From contig OY969811.1 of the NCBI GenBank assembly GCA_963703315.1, positions 3,808,001 to 3,872,000 of the forward strand: 64,000 nucleotides of DNA. The letters run 5' to 3'. The notes under the pieces were generated by a model. That model did not search any database. It saw nothing but the letters and a program-made list of their open reading frames with translations, and was not told the DNA's origin. How positions within the stretch are numbered: the first letter of the stretch is position 1; every line of letters starts with the position of its first letter. Both the position numbers and the translations under genes were made by a program. Origin of the DNA: an uncultured cyanobacterium. Its GTDB lineage: Bacteria > Cyanobacteriota > Cyanobacteriia > Pseudanabaenales > Pseudanabaenaceae. Of this stretch, positions 19,864-30,476 are shown in pieces.

Positions 19864-22800
19864 ATGAGTAATTTCATGAGTGATAAAAATTCTTTGGTTA
19901 AAACAAATAATCTATTAGAATTACAAGAACAAGCCTATAGTCTACTCATAGAAAATAAATATCTTGAAGCTATCCATCTCTACGAGCAAATTATCCACTT
20001 AGAACCTACATCCAAAACTAATTATTGGTATCTAGGGATTTCGCAACTATTACAAGAACAAGAGGATGAAGCTCAGATGACATGGCTACTAGCAATAGAG
20101 GATGGTGAACTAGAGCAAGTTGAGCAGTGGACTGAAGAGCTATGTCAACTTCTAGATCAAGAAGCTCAAAGAAAAGAAAATTTAGAAGCTTTTCAAGAAG
20201 CTATTACCATTCGCTATAGTCTTATTGAGGTCAATCCTTATAGCTTAGCTAATCTTGTCACAATCATTTTACTGGAGACTAAACTCAAGATATTTACATC
20301 AGAGAAATTAGTCAATCTTGGTATTATTGATTTACTAGATTCAGACGAATTTATTCCCATTGAATCAGAACTTTTATTAGATTTACTAATACAAATACTC
20401 ACTTTTACACAACCTGATCCAACAACCCTCAAATTTGTTGAAGATATCTGTCTATGTCATATTCAGCATAAAGCCGAAATCATTGAGCAATTACTTCGTA
20501 TTAGTGGAAACTTTACTAATAACAAGGATTTTGCAATCAAAATATTGGAGATGGGGTTACGAATAGACCCACAGAATGCAGAAATATTTCTATATCTCAT
20601 TGACTTTCATTATCAAGACGATCCTGAAAGGTGTATAAAAATTGCTAGAGAATTCTATAATTTAGCAGTCAATGGTGGTAGAGCGATTGACAAAGTTCTT
20701 GCCAGTCAGTGGCTAATCAAGGCACTTATTTATAACTGTGACAATTGGGAAGAAACTACCAAAATTCATCAAGAATGTAATCAGTACTTCTGGGACTTAG
20801 TTAATAGTGATCCCAATGATTTATCTCTAAAGGAAGCAAATTATTATCTACAGGTTACAGGCTACTACGCACCATATTTTAGCGATCGCCCCCAAGAAGC
20901 TCATACAATTAGACAAGCAGTACGTCAGTTTGCTTATGCAAAAGTTTATGAACTCAAGCAAGAACATATTGAGAATTGTAAAAAGCGCTTAGCAATTAGA
21001 AAGAGAATTCATAATCCTAATCAACCACTCAAAATCGGTTATATGTCTAACTTCTTAAGGAGACATTCTATCGGTTTTTTAGCGCGATGGTTAATTCAGT
21101 ATCATGATCGCGATCGCTTTGAACTATATGGTTATTTAGGCAATTATCAAGAAAATGATGCTCTACAAGTGTGGTTTACTAAACAATTTCATAAGGTCTA
21201 TCATGAGAAATCCTATCATCCCATAGATCTTGCCACTCAAATTCATCAAGATGGCATTGATATCCTCATCGATTTAGATAGTATTACCACTGCTTTTACG
21301 TCTGGAGTTCTAGCTTTTAAGCCTGCCCCTATACAAGTTACATGGTTGGGTTGGGATGCTGTAGGGCAACCAACAGTTGACTATTTTATTGCTGATCCCT
21401 ACGTTTTAGCTGAATCAGCCCAGGAATATTACACTGAAAAAATTTGGCGCTTGCCTAATACCTATCTCGCTGTCGATGGATTTGAGACAATTGCACCAAC
21501 TATTCGTAGAGATTTGCTGAATATTCCTAATGATGCAGTGGTTTATCTCAGTTCTCAATCTGCTATGAAGCGGCATCCCGATACTATTCGTTTGCAAATA
21601 CGAATTATTAAATTAGTTCCTAATAGTTATTTATTACTTAAAGGTTTCGGCAATCTAACTTCCTTAAAGGAATTCTTCTATCAAATTGCTGAATCAGAAG
21701 GTGTAAGTACTGAGCGACTAGTCTTTTTACCCTATGCTAATGGTGAGGCTGAGCATCGTGCTAACTTAACAATTGCTGATGTGGTACTAGATACCTATCC
21801 CTATAATGGTGCTACTCACACAATGGAAACTCTCTGGATGGGAGTACCGATGGTAACTAGAGTTGGCGAACAGTTTGTGGCGCGGAATAGCTATGGCATG
21901 ATGATTAATGCGGGCATTACCGAAGGAATTGCATGGACAGATGAAGAATATGTGCAATGGGGAGTGAAATTAGGTACTGATGCCAATCTCCGTCAGCAAG
22001 TTGCGTGGAAACTCCGTCAAGGTCGCCAAACTGCACCACTTTGGAATTCTCGCAAATTCACTCAGGAAATGGAAAATGCCTATGAGCAAATGTGGGCAAA
22101 ATATTTAGAATCAAACGAAGATATAGAATTAGATCGTGAGAGCGATCGCGCCCTATTTATTGCTGAAGCAGAACTTCAAAATACTCAAGGTATTCAGTTT
22201 GCTCAACAAGATAAACTAGAAGCCTCAATTGCAGCTTTTCAAACTGCTATATCTTTGCATTCTGATTATGCCGATGCTTACTATAACTTGGGCATTGCTC
22301 TAAGTGAAACAGAAGAACTTGACCAAGCCGTAGCCAACTTCCAAACAACTATTGATTTAAATCCAAATAATGCAAATGCTCTATACAATCTCGGCTTAAC
22401 GTTAGTTAAGTTAGGAAAAATAGATGAAGCGATCGCCTTCTACGCTCAAGCCCTTGTTCTTACCCCAGATGATATAGAAATGCATCTTGCATTAGGAAAT
22501 GCCCTATTTGCCCAGAATAAATGGGAATCTGCAATGAAATCATATCAGTTAGCACTGACGATTGATCCTAACTGTGCATCTGTCCATTGCAGTATTGGGG
22601 CAGTTCTTTCTGAGCAAGGATATTTAGAACAGGCAATTTTATCTTTGCAATCAGCACTTGATTTAGATCCCAATGACGCTCAAGCTTATAGTAATCTGGG
22701 TCATGTCTTCAGCAAATCTAATCAAGTTAATGAAGCTGCTGATTGCTATATGAAAGCGTTACAACTTAACCCAGAACTTGGTAATGCTTATTGGAACTTT

Positions 22801-24369
22801 AACAACGATATACTGGCTAATATTGAAAATCCTCTCAACAAGAACTATAAATTGAGACGGCAGCTAGCTGATCAATTTGTTGATACCTGTGGCAAAACAG
22901 ATAAAATCCGATCTCTAGTCAATTTTATTATTAACTACACTTACGCAGGACTTAGCCATGATGTCATACCTCAACTTGAAGATTTAGAAAAATATATCTT
23001 TGATCATAGCGATCGCCTTTCTAATATAGAAGTTCAAGTTCTTTACAACAATTTCTCCTTTATCATTTCTAGCCTAAGAGATGAGCCAGTCCTAAATAGC
23101 CATCTCTTTAAGCTAATTGGTCAACTCTATGTTGAAAAAGTAATTAAGTCTAAACTGGCGATAGATGCTATCGACACGCAACCCCTTAATCCGCAAAAAA
23201 CTAGTTCATCTCTAGAGCCAAAACTGCTAAAAATTGGATTTCTATCACCGAATTTTGGTAGGCATCCTGTAGGTTGGTGTAGCCTTGATGTAATTCGTGA
23301 ATTAAGTAAACTCACACCACATATTTATCTCTATAGTACGGCTGAATTGAAACCCGATGATCGCACCAAATTATTTGAACAAGTAGCGGCAAAGTTTTAT
23401 TGGCATGAAAAAAGTACTCTCACTAAAAATGAGAATACCTTTGAATCTAGGCTCTCGCAGGTTGTTGCCGAAGTATCTCAAGATAATTTAGATGTCTTGA
23501 TAGATTTAGATTCTCTAACAATCCCGATGAATATTCATGTGCTATATCGTCAACTAGCACCCATTTGTATCTCTTGGTTAGGTTTTGACGCACCCTTTGT
23601 TTCTTCTGAAAACTATTGGTTCGGAGACTGGTATACACACCCATCTACATCTGATCAAAATTATATAGAAAAAATAGTCAGATTACCTGACTCTCACATG
23701 GCGATCACGGGCTTTGAATGTGTGCCAATAGATAGAAATAGTCAGCGAGAGCAGTTAGGAATCGCATCAGAACAAGTGGCTTATTTGTTTGCTGCACCAG
23801 GTCGTAAATTTAATCATGACACGGCTAAAGCTTGTATCCAAATTCTCAAAGATGTTCCTAATAGTGTTTTACTGCATAAAGGAACTGGAGATTTAGAAGT
23901 AATTCAATCTATCTATTACAGCGAATGTAATTCTCAAGGAGTTGATTGTAGTCGGGTTAAATTCTTGCCTAGTTATAAAACTGAAGAAGAACATAGATCT
24001 GCTTATTTGATAGCCGATATTTTTCTTGATTCCTATCCATACAATGGTGGCAGTCATAATCTAGAAGCATTATGGTTTGAATTGCCAGTTGTGACTAGAG
24101 TTGGCAATCAGTCCTTTGCAAGAATGGGCTACTCTTTTTTACAGGCTGTTGGCATTAACGAAGGTATTGCTAACAGTTGGGAAGAATATATTGAATGGGC
24201 AGTAAAGTTGGGTATAGATGCAATTTTGAGGAACTCTGTTAAAGAGAGGTTAGTCCGAGCTAAACAAGCTGACACATTATCCCCTCTATGGAATCCTCGT
24301 AAACTAGCAAATGATATGTATGATTTGCTGCAAAACCTATTATTGCAAAATTTATCAACCAAATTATAG
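19864..24369 (+). CDS. O-GlcNAc transferase (GT41/SPINDLY family) with two catalytic modules separated by TPRs
   Basis: Module 1: LKIGYMS..LRRHSIG, DILIDLD, LDTYPYNGATHTMETLWMGVP. TPR block. Module 2: LKIGFLS..FGRHPVG, DVLIDLD, LDSYPYNGGSHNLEALWFELP. Confidence 0.92.
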   Translation: MSNFMSDKNSLVKTNNLLELQEQAYSLLIENKYLEAIHLYEQIIHLEPTSKTNYWYLGISQLLQEQEDEAQMTWLLAIEDGELEQVEQWTEELCQLLDQEAQRKENLEAFQEAITIRYSLIEVNPYSLANLVTIILLETKLKIFTSEKLVNLGIIDLLDSDEFIPIESELLLDLLIQILTFTQPDPTTLKFVEDICLCHIQHKAEIIEQLLRISGNFTNNKDFAIKILEMGLRIDPQNAEIFLYLIDFHYQDDPERCIKIAREFYNLAVNGGRAIDKVLASQWLIKALIYNCDNWEETTKIHQECNQYFWDLVNSDPNDLSLKEANYYLQVTGYYAPYFSDRPQEAHTIRQAVRQFAYAKVYELKQEHIENCKKRLAIRKRIHNPNQPLKIGYMSNFLRRHSIGFLARWLIQYHDRDRFELYGYLGNYQENDALQVWFTKQFHKVYHEKSYHPIDLATQIHQDGIDILIDLDSITTAFTSGVLAFKPAPIQVTWLGWDAVGQPTVDYFIADPYVLAESAQEYYTEKIWRLPNTYLAVDGFETIAPTIRRDLLNIPNDAVVYLSSQSAMKRHPDTIRLQIRIIKLVPNSYLLLKGFGNLTSLKEFFYQIAESEGVSTERLVFLPYANGEAEHRANLTIADVVLDTYPYNGATHTMETLWMGVPMVTRVGEQFVARNSYGMMINAGITEGIAWTDEEYVQWGVKLGTDANLRQQVAWKLRQGRQTAPLWNSRKFTQEMENAYEQMWAKYLESNEDIELDRESDRALFIAEAELQNTQGIQFAQQDKLEASIAAFQTAISLHSDYADAYYNLGIALSETEELDQAVANFQTTIDLNPNNANALYNLGLTLVKLGKIDEAIAFYAQALVLTPDDIEMHLALGNALFAQNKWESAMKSYQLALTIDPNCASVHCSIGAVLSEQGYLEQAILSLQSALDLDPNDAQAYSNLGHVFSKSNQVNEAADCYMKALQLNPELGNAYWNFNNDILANIENPLNKNYKLRRQLADQFVDTCGKTDKIRSLVNFIINYTYAGLSHDVIPQLEDLEKYIFDHSDRLSNIEVQVLYNNFSFIISSLRDEPVLNSHLFKLIGQLYVEKVIKSKLAIDAIDTQPLNPQKTSSSLEPKLLKIGFLSPNFGRHPVGWCSLDVIRELSKLTPHIYLYSTAELKPDDRTKLFEQVAAKFYWHEKSTLTKNENTFESRLSQVVAEVSQDNLDVLIDLDSLTIPMNIHVLYRQLAPICISWLGFDAPFVSSENYWFGDWYTHPSTSDQNYIEKIVRLPDSHMAITGFECVPIDRNSQREQLGIASEQVAYLFAAPGRKFNHDTAKACIQILKDVPNSVLLHKGTGDLEVIQSIYYSECNSQGVDCSRVKFLPSYKTEEEHRSAYLIADIFLDSYPYNGGSHNLEALWFELPVVTRVGNQSFARMGYSFLQAVGINEGIANSWEEYIEWAVKLGIDAILRNSVKERLVRAKQADTLSPLWNPRKLANDMYDLLQNLLLQNLSTKL

Positions 24370-24428
24370 AGATTTCCATTTAGGAACAACAAGTGGCTTA
24401 AGCCACTTGTTCATTAGATTGCTAGTTA

Positions 24429-25013
24429 TCATGGATTTCTAATTAAGAAAACTACATCAAATTCATATTCCCAATTGAAGTGACGATAACAAGTGAATTT
24501 ATGAAAGATATTTAGAATATCCTGTAGCTTGAAATCATACAAATGGTATGGATTATAGTGTGTAGTCTTTTTAGAAGGATAAGTCAAGATAACATGATTG
24601 ATATTATTGCGATCGCAAAAATCAGGTAATATGTCTCGATCTTCTATATGCTCAATTGTTTCTACTGAAAATAGCATATCAATTTTTTGATTAGATACCC
24701 ATTCTCCAATATTGACATTAAAGAATTTTGTCTTGCTACTTTCATACTCTTTTTGAGCAAAAGAAATAATATCTGTATTAGTATCTAGACCGATTACAGA
24801 AGTGACATCAGGATTAGTAGACAATAAATAGCTTCCATATCCACAACCACAAGCCGCATCACAAACAACACCCTTAGCAAATTGTCTTAGCAAAGCATAC
24901 CGCTCAACATGTCGTTGTATCCGAATCCTCTGCTCTATTTCTAGCAGTTGATCGCGACCTAAATAAATATGCTGTTCAGCTTTTTTGTCATCATTAGATA
25001 AAGGAGAAGTCAT
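24429..25013 (-). CDS. Class I SAM-dependent methyltransferase
   Basis: HVERY, DAACGCGYG, ETIEH. Confidence 0.88.
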   Translation of the reverse strand: MTSPLSNDDKKAEQHIYLGRDQLLEIEQRIRIQRHVERYALLRQFAKGVVCDAACGCGYGSYLLSTNPDVTSVIGLDTNTDIISFAQKEYESSKTKFFNVNIGEWVSNQKIDMLFSVETIEHIEDRDILPDFCDRNNINHVILTYPSKKTTHYNPYHLYDFKLQDILNIFHKFTCYRHFNWEYEFDVVFLIRNP

Positions 25014-25029
25014 TTATTTTTTAGTATTT

Positions 25030-26115
25030 CTAAACTCTATTTTTCAGTTTACGGATTTCAATATCTTCTAATATACTATTCCAAATTTTATCAAATATAT
25101 GTTCCCAGTTATGATCTCTAAAGACTTGTTCCCTTAAAAGCTTACTACGACTCAAGAGTTCATCTTCTGATAAATTTAAAGCCCATTCAATAATCTTGTG
25201 ATTTTCAACAGGATCATGGGTTAAGTAAATAGCATGAGGACTAGAAAAGCCACTTTCAGGAGTAATCAGTGGAATCAATCCCCTAGCACAATTTTCTAAA
25301 ATGGTTGTAGCCTGTGCATCCATAGTCGCAGTATGAATATAAAAGTCACAGTTTTCGATTATCCAAGCATTAGTTTCAGGGTCATTATTATTAATATTTC
25401 CAAGAAAGTTAAAGAAGAATTTTTCACCTTCTACATCTGTATGTACCATTCCTACAGGTGCTTGAATAGCTGAAGTCGCGACATGCAGAATTGCCTCAAT
25501 ATTTATTAAGCTTTTGCATGTAATATCAAATCCCTTATACGATCCTAGGTGGCTAATATGGAGTATCTGGCGATCGCCAATGTTATTAAAACTCTTTTTA
25601 TAAGCAGAAAAATTTTGAGATGCAACGCCCATATTACAATGAACTAACTTATCTTTTACTGCAAATTGAATGGAATTATCATTTTTAATAAATGTACGCT
25701 CTATCCAAATCTTTCCACATAAGGCAAATATCTTTTTTGATTGTGTGAGTTGAGATTCAAGCCAAGGCATATTGGCTATCCACTCCCTAGGAAATTCAGG
25801 AACCCAAGGTGTTAGGATATATGTATTGGGATGAGATAAAGTATTTGTATATATTGCATTATCGTTAACCCAGTTTCTCAGCAACTTACCTCTGATTGGA
25901 TCTTGCAACCCGTTGCTGCCATCCCAAGTGAGATGCCCTAATAAAATATCATCAGGATTATCAGTTACTCTCCCAGCTAACCAACTCGATTGGTGGAAGG
26001 TAGTTTTTTTACCTAGATAATATTCCGCCCATTTCGCAATTTCTAAGTTACTCATCTCATAACTAGAGTAACTATTTTCATGTAATTGATAACCGCACCA
26101 CAAAAAATGTAGCAT
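25030..26115 (-). CDS. Probable GT-B glycosyltransferase
   Basis: YKGFD, DFYIH...DAQATTILENCARG, GT4-like C-terminal domain. Confidence 0.65.
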   Translation of the reverse strand: MLHFLWCGYQLHENSYSSYEMSNLEIAKWAEYYLGKKTTFHQSSWLAGRVTDNPDDILLGHLTWDGSNGLQDPIRGKLLRNWVNDNAIYTNTLSHPNTYILTPWVPEFPREWIANMPWLESQLTQSKKIFALCGKIWIERTFIKNDNSIQFAVKDKLVHCNMGVASQNFSAYKKSFNNIGDRQILHISHLGSYKGFDITCKSLINIEAILHVATSAIQAPVGMVHTDVEGEKFFFNFLGNINNNDPETNAWIIENCDFYIHTATMDAQATTILENCARGLIPLITPESGFSSPHAIYLTHDPVENHKIIEWALNLSEDELLSRSKLLREQVFRDHNWEHIFDKIWNSILEDIEIRKLKNRV

Positions 26116-26368
26116 TAGAATATAGTTTCTTTTTCTAGAGTGTTACTTGTTAGAGTATAGCCATGCTTATACTAAGACTTACGGAAAATAAGTAGATTAC
26201 ATTGCTAATATTATAGTTATGACTTAAGCAAAAGCAACTCACAACCTTTGTTTTAGCCTAGAGGTAGTTCATGAATTGCCAGTACATTTTGACATCTTGT
26301 GTAAGTCTTAATAGTATGACACATCTATAAACTATATTCAAAAAATTAAATTAAACCTAAATACAACT

Positions 26369-26887
26369 ATGAAACTACATATTGGTGGTCAAGAAGTTCA
26401 TCCTGATTGGAAAATTTTCGATGTTGAGAAGCGTCCTGAAGTTGATTATATTGGTAATGCTTCGGATTTAGGTCAATTTGAAGATGAGTCAATTGAGGCT
26501 ATTTATGCCAGTCATGTGCTTGAGCATTTTTATTATGGAATTGATAATGAGCTAGCTTTTACATTAGCTGAGTGGCATCGAGTTCTGAAACAGGACGGAC
26601 AGTTGATGATTAGTGTGCCTGATCTTAGAACTTTATGTTGGCTCTATGCTAAACCTGAAATAGGCATTCAAGAACGTTTTGGCATTATGAGAATGATGTT
26701 TGGTGGTCAGGTTAATCAATATGATGTTCATAAGGTGGGATTTGATTATGATCTTTTGTGTTACTACTTAGCAGAAGTTGGATTTACCGAATGCCAGAGA
26801 GTATCTGAGTTTAATTTATTCAAAGACTGTAGTACGTTACACGTATTTGGCAATCCAATTAGTCTTAATGTAGTTGCAACTAAATAA
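26369..26887 (+). CDS. Methyltransferase type 11-like
   Basis: KLHIGG, IYASHVLEH, EWHRVLK..G.L.ISVPD. Confidence 0.85.
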   Translation: MKLHIGGQEVHPDWKIFDVEKRPEVDYIGNASDLGQFEDESIEAIYASHVLEHFYYGIDNELAFTLAEWHRVLKQDGQLMISVPDLRTLCWLYAKPEIGIQERFGIMRMMFGGQVNQYDVHKVGFDYDLLCYYLAEVGFTECQRVSEFNLFKDCSTLHVFGNPISLNVVATK

Positions 26888-26962
26888 TCCGTACTCTGCT
26901 GAGTAAAGCATTTAGAACTCAGCCATAAAAAAGCATCGCGATGCGATGCTTTTTTATGGTTG

Positions 26963-29332
26963 TTATTTTTGTTTGAGAACTAGTAAGGTGATGTCGTCAT
27001 AAATTTTTTGTGTGCCAATATGCGATCGCAAATCTTCTATAACTGCTTGACGAATATTGATGGCTGAGGCATCAACATTTTGACGAATTACTTCACACAG
27101 ACGATCTACACCATATAGTTGTCGTAATTCATTCTCAGCCTCAGTAATACCGTCTGTATAAAGTACCATGACATCACCAGAGTCTAAATCAATTTGTTTT
27201 TGAGATAGAAACTCAGAAATTTCTTCCTCTAGACCAATCGGAAAACCAAGGTCAATTGTATCAAATCGCTCTAGAAATCCATTTTTACGCACCACGATTA
27301 GTTCTTCATGCTGACCACTCAAAGTCAGTTTGCCATGCTCATAATCAATTAGGGATAAAGTCAGGTTCTTGTCTGAAGCCATTCTCTGGACGTTACCATA
27401 AATTGTGCGATTCAATGTATCTAAGAAACGGACAGGATCATTTTCTTCATTTTGCAGCAATGTCCGTACAGCAGTTTGTACCATGATCATCAACATTCCA
27501 CTTTCTAGACCATGCCCTGTGACATCGCCAATCCCTATTTTGATCCGACCATTTTGTTGCAGCACATCGTAATAATCACCACCTACTTCTGCCGCAGGTT
27601 CCATAAATCCTGCAATATCCAATCCTACAATTTCTAAAAGTTCTTTATCCTTAGGCAAGATCATCTGCTGGAGTTTACGAGTTACCTCTAACTCACTACT
27701 CATTCGCAGATTTTCTTGTTTAAGTTGCTTGTTGAGTGCCAAGATCTTTTGATTAGCTTCTTCTAGGGCAAGTTCAGCAGCCTTGCGCTGACTAATATCT
27801 TCAACAGTTCCTTCGTAATAGATTATTCTGCCTTGGTGATCCCGAATGGCACGTACATTCTCACTAATCCAGATGATGGTGCGATCGCGTTTATAAACTT
27901 GCGACTCAAATCCAGTAATAGTGTCATTGTGTTCCATTAGTGCCAGAAACTGCTGACGGCGATCGCGCTCAACATAGATATCAGTCTGGATATCAAAGAC
28001 TTGCTCCAACATTTGCTCTACAGAATCATAGCCATAAATTTTTGCAAGGGCAGGATTAACACTAAGATACTTGCCATCAATGGTCGTTTGAAAGATGCCA
28101 TCTACCGAATTTTCAAAAATACCACGATATTTTTCTTCGGATTCCCTCAGGGCGATCGCAATGCTATTAAAAGATCCTACAACCATCGATAGCTCATCTT
28201 TACTATCCAGCTTGATCGATATTGCTCCGTTGGTAGTCATTTGTTTAGCGGCGATGTCTAATTGATGCACAGTTCGCATCACTGACAAATAGAATCCAAA
28301 AAACAAATAAACAATAGTGATAAAAATAATCGCGACAAATACCAAGATAAATTCTTTGCGATCCTTGAAACTTTGAATGCGATAAACTAACAAGTCATCA
28401 AGGCGATCGATAATTTGTTGCCAGAGGATAAAACTATCTTCTAGAGTACTTTCCATCTCTTGTTGATAAAAGCTGCTAGTAAAAGCCAATTTATTTTCTA
28501 ACTTTACTAGCTCACTAGTATAAGCACTAAACTCACTCACACTGACAAACAAGTTGCGGAGAGGAATACTCAAAGAATTACGCAAATTTTCACGAGGATT
28601 ATTGTTAAAAGCACGTTCTAGATTTGTTGATAGCTCTTGATTGTAAGCATTCAGTAAACTAACTAATGATATTAGTGAGACTTTATTTTGCTCACTAACT
28701 TCCTTTTTAAATACAACCTCTGCTTCTACTTGCATAACCTTATGCAATAACTTTTGCATTTCTGGTAACTTGAGAGCAACAGCATCCATCAGATAGTAAG
28801 TATCTAAATCTGGATCAAGAATTAAATTTGAGTCATCAATTATATGTAGTCGCAATTGATCAAGTTTTTCTAGTAACAAATCATGATTACGAAACTCTAA
28901 AAACTGTTTACTCTCTAACAAACCCTGCCATAAAGATTTAATATCGTTCAGCTTTTCTCCTGTTTGTAAAATTTCACCTAATCGTTGATCGACGTTGGCG
29001 AGCTTTGTAAAGCTTTGGTCGATCTTATTTTGTAAATCTAATAATTTTGCTTGTGGCGGAGGCGATTGACCTAAACTCTGAGCATTCTTATAAAATTGAC
29101 GCTGCAACAGCAACTGTCTACGGGGAATATCTTGCCATAGTTGATTGAGAGGGCGGAGATAGGTGCTGCCATAGAGTTCTTTTTGCGTAAAATTTATACG
29201 GCTATTAAGCTCTGATATCAGTAGATTCATCACTAGTGCTAGTGGCAAAATGAATAGCAAACTGATCAGAAAAAATTTCTGGGGATATTTCAGGCGATTC
29301 ATAAGGGCGATCGCTGGTTTAAATAGCGCCAT
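26963..29332 (-). CDS. Membrane SpoIIE/PP2C phosphatase with HAMP and PAS domains
   Basis: Two TM helices, DEL..V..SFN, PAS, EVGGDYYD, GDVTGHG, LYTDGITEA, DDITLLV. Confidence 0.92.
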   Translation of the reverse strand: MALFKPAIALMNRLKYPQKFFLISLLFILPLALVMNLLISELNSRINFTQKELYGSTYLRPLNQLWQDIPRRQLLLQRQFYKNAQSLGQSPPPQAKLLDLQNKIDQSFTKLANVDQRLGEILQTGEKLNDIKSLWQGLLESKQFLEFRNHDLLLEKLDQLRLHIIDDSNLILDPDLDTYYLMDAVALKLPEMQKLLHKVMQVEAEVVFKKEVSEQNKVSLISLVSLLNAYNQELSTNLERAFNNNPRENLRNSLSIPLRNLFVSVSEFSAYTSELVKLENKLAFTSSFYQQEMESTLEDSFILWQQIIDRLDDLLVYRIQSFKDRKEFILVFVAIIFITIVYLFFGFYLSVMRTVHQLDIAAKQMTTNGAISIKLDSKDELSMVVGSFNSIAIALRESEEKYRGIFENSVDGIFQTTIDGKYLSVNPALAKIYGYDSVEQMLEQVFDIQTDIYVERDRRQQFLALMEHNDTITGFESQVYKRDRTIIWISENVRAIRDHQGRIIYYEGTVEDISQRKAAELALEEANQKILALNKQLKQENLRMSSELEVTRKLQQMILPKDKELLEIVGLDIAGFMEPAAEVGGDYYDVLQQNGRIKIGIGDVTGHGLESGMLMIMVQTAVRTLLQNEENDPVRFLDTLNRTIYGNVQRMASDKNLTLSLIDYEHGKLTLSGQHEELIVVRKNGFLERFDTIDLGFPIGLEEEISEFLSQKQIDLDSGDVMVLYTDGITEAENELRQLYGVDRLCEVIRQNVDASAINIRQAVIEDLRSHIGTQKIYDDITLLVLKQK

Positions 29333-29943
29333 ATTTTATGTGCTTACGATAATTTCTTAGGCTATTTCTTGTCATATCGCAAATTCCTGTATTTTAGCGA
29401 TTTTTTTGCGATAACTGCGATAACTATGTTGCGCTAATTATGTATTAACTGTAATGAGCCATCTTCAATGAGCCATCTTCAAGTTAAAGCATCCAACCAA
29501 AAGAGAGCTGTGGTGCTTTAAATAAGTAGGCTTAAAACCCTAAAAGCTGTGGCGATCGCTGCACGCCATAGCTTTTAGGATTTTAGTTGTTTTGCCCTAG
29601 CATAAACTGTCTAAGCCTACAAAATATTTATGTTTGGTTATAAGAGTTTTTTGGGCATTCTAGTTACAGATTATTTGATAAAGGTCAGTGAAATAAAACC
29701 TATTTAGATCAAGCGATGTAGCAATCTCAATTATGTAGGGAACTTAATTAAAGCCTAGACCGTCATAATAAGTTAAATTTAGGTTAAGATTAGGTTAACT
29801 AAACTTGTCCATGCCTATCAAAATCAAAATAGCTGCCAAAAAAGGTCATGTAATTCGCACTAATGTGCCGTCTCGCCTTTCAGGATTTTAAGGCTACCTA
29901 AAATTTAGTCACCCTGAGTCTCTATCTTTAAGGAGGGAAAATC

Positions 29944-30165
29944 GTGTCCACTACCTCAAAAGTTATGTTTCCCCAGTCTCGTTACTACGGGAAATTCACG
30001 CCAGAGAACTTGATGTTTAACGCGAACTTACAGGAGTTCGCCCATCGGGTCAGTATCATCTGTGCTTTAGAAACTGGTGGTAAGCTTTCCTCCCAAGAAG
30101 CCCACTCTCAAATTGCTGAGTTATGGCAACAGCTAGATCAATCTAAACAGAAACTCGCAATATAA
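29944..30165 (+). CDS. Small conserved cyanobacterial protein
   Basis: RYYGKFTPENL.FNANLQEFA..V..IC.LETGGK; strong SD AAGGAGG. Confidence 0.85.
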   Translation: MSTTSKVMFPQSRYYGKFTPENLMFNANLQEFAHRVSIICALETGGKLSSQEAHSQIAELWQQLDQSKQKLAI

Positions 30166-30342
30166 AAGAAGGCGGCGCATTGTGCCGCCCGCCTTCTCTC
30201 ATTACATAAAACCAGAAGACGAGTGGCGGCGCTTCGCGCCGTCACTCGCTTTTTGGGTACTAGCTACAGCTATACAATGTATGGATTTGGCAACAATTAG
30301 CTAATTTTTAGTTTAAATTTCGCGCTTAGTGCTAATCTTGTT

Positions 30343-30442
30343 AGTGGCTCGGATCTATGCGATCTTAACGCCCGAATCGTGTCAGGGTCGGAAGACAGCA
30401 GCACTAAGGGATGCTTAGGATAGGCGTAGTACCCGGGCTACT
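30343..30442 (+). ncRNA. ffs: Signal recognition particle (4.5S) RNA
   Basis: Domain IV motif TCAGGGTCGGAAGACAGCAGC; closing stem AGTGGCTCGG/CCGGGCTACT followed by a T-tract. Confidence 0.9.
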
Positions 30443-30476
30443 TTTTTAGGTTTAGAAATCGGTTGAGGAGAGATCC

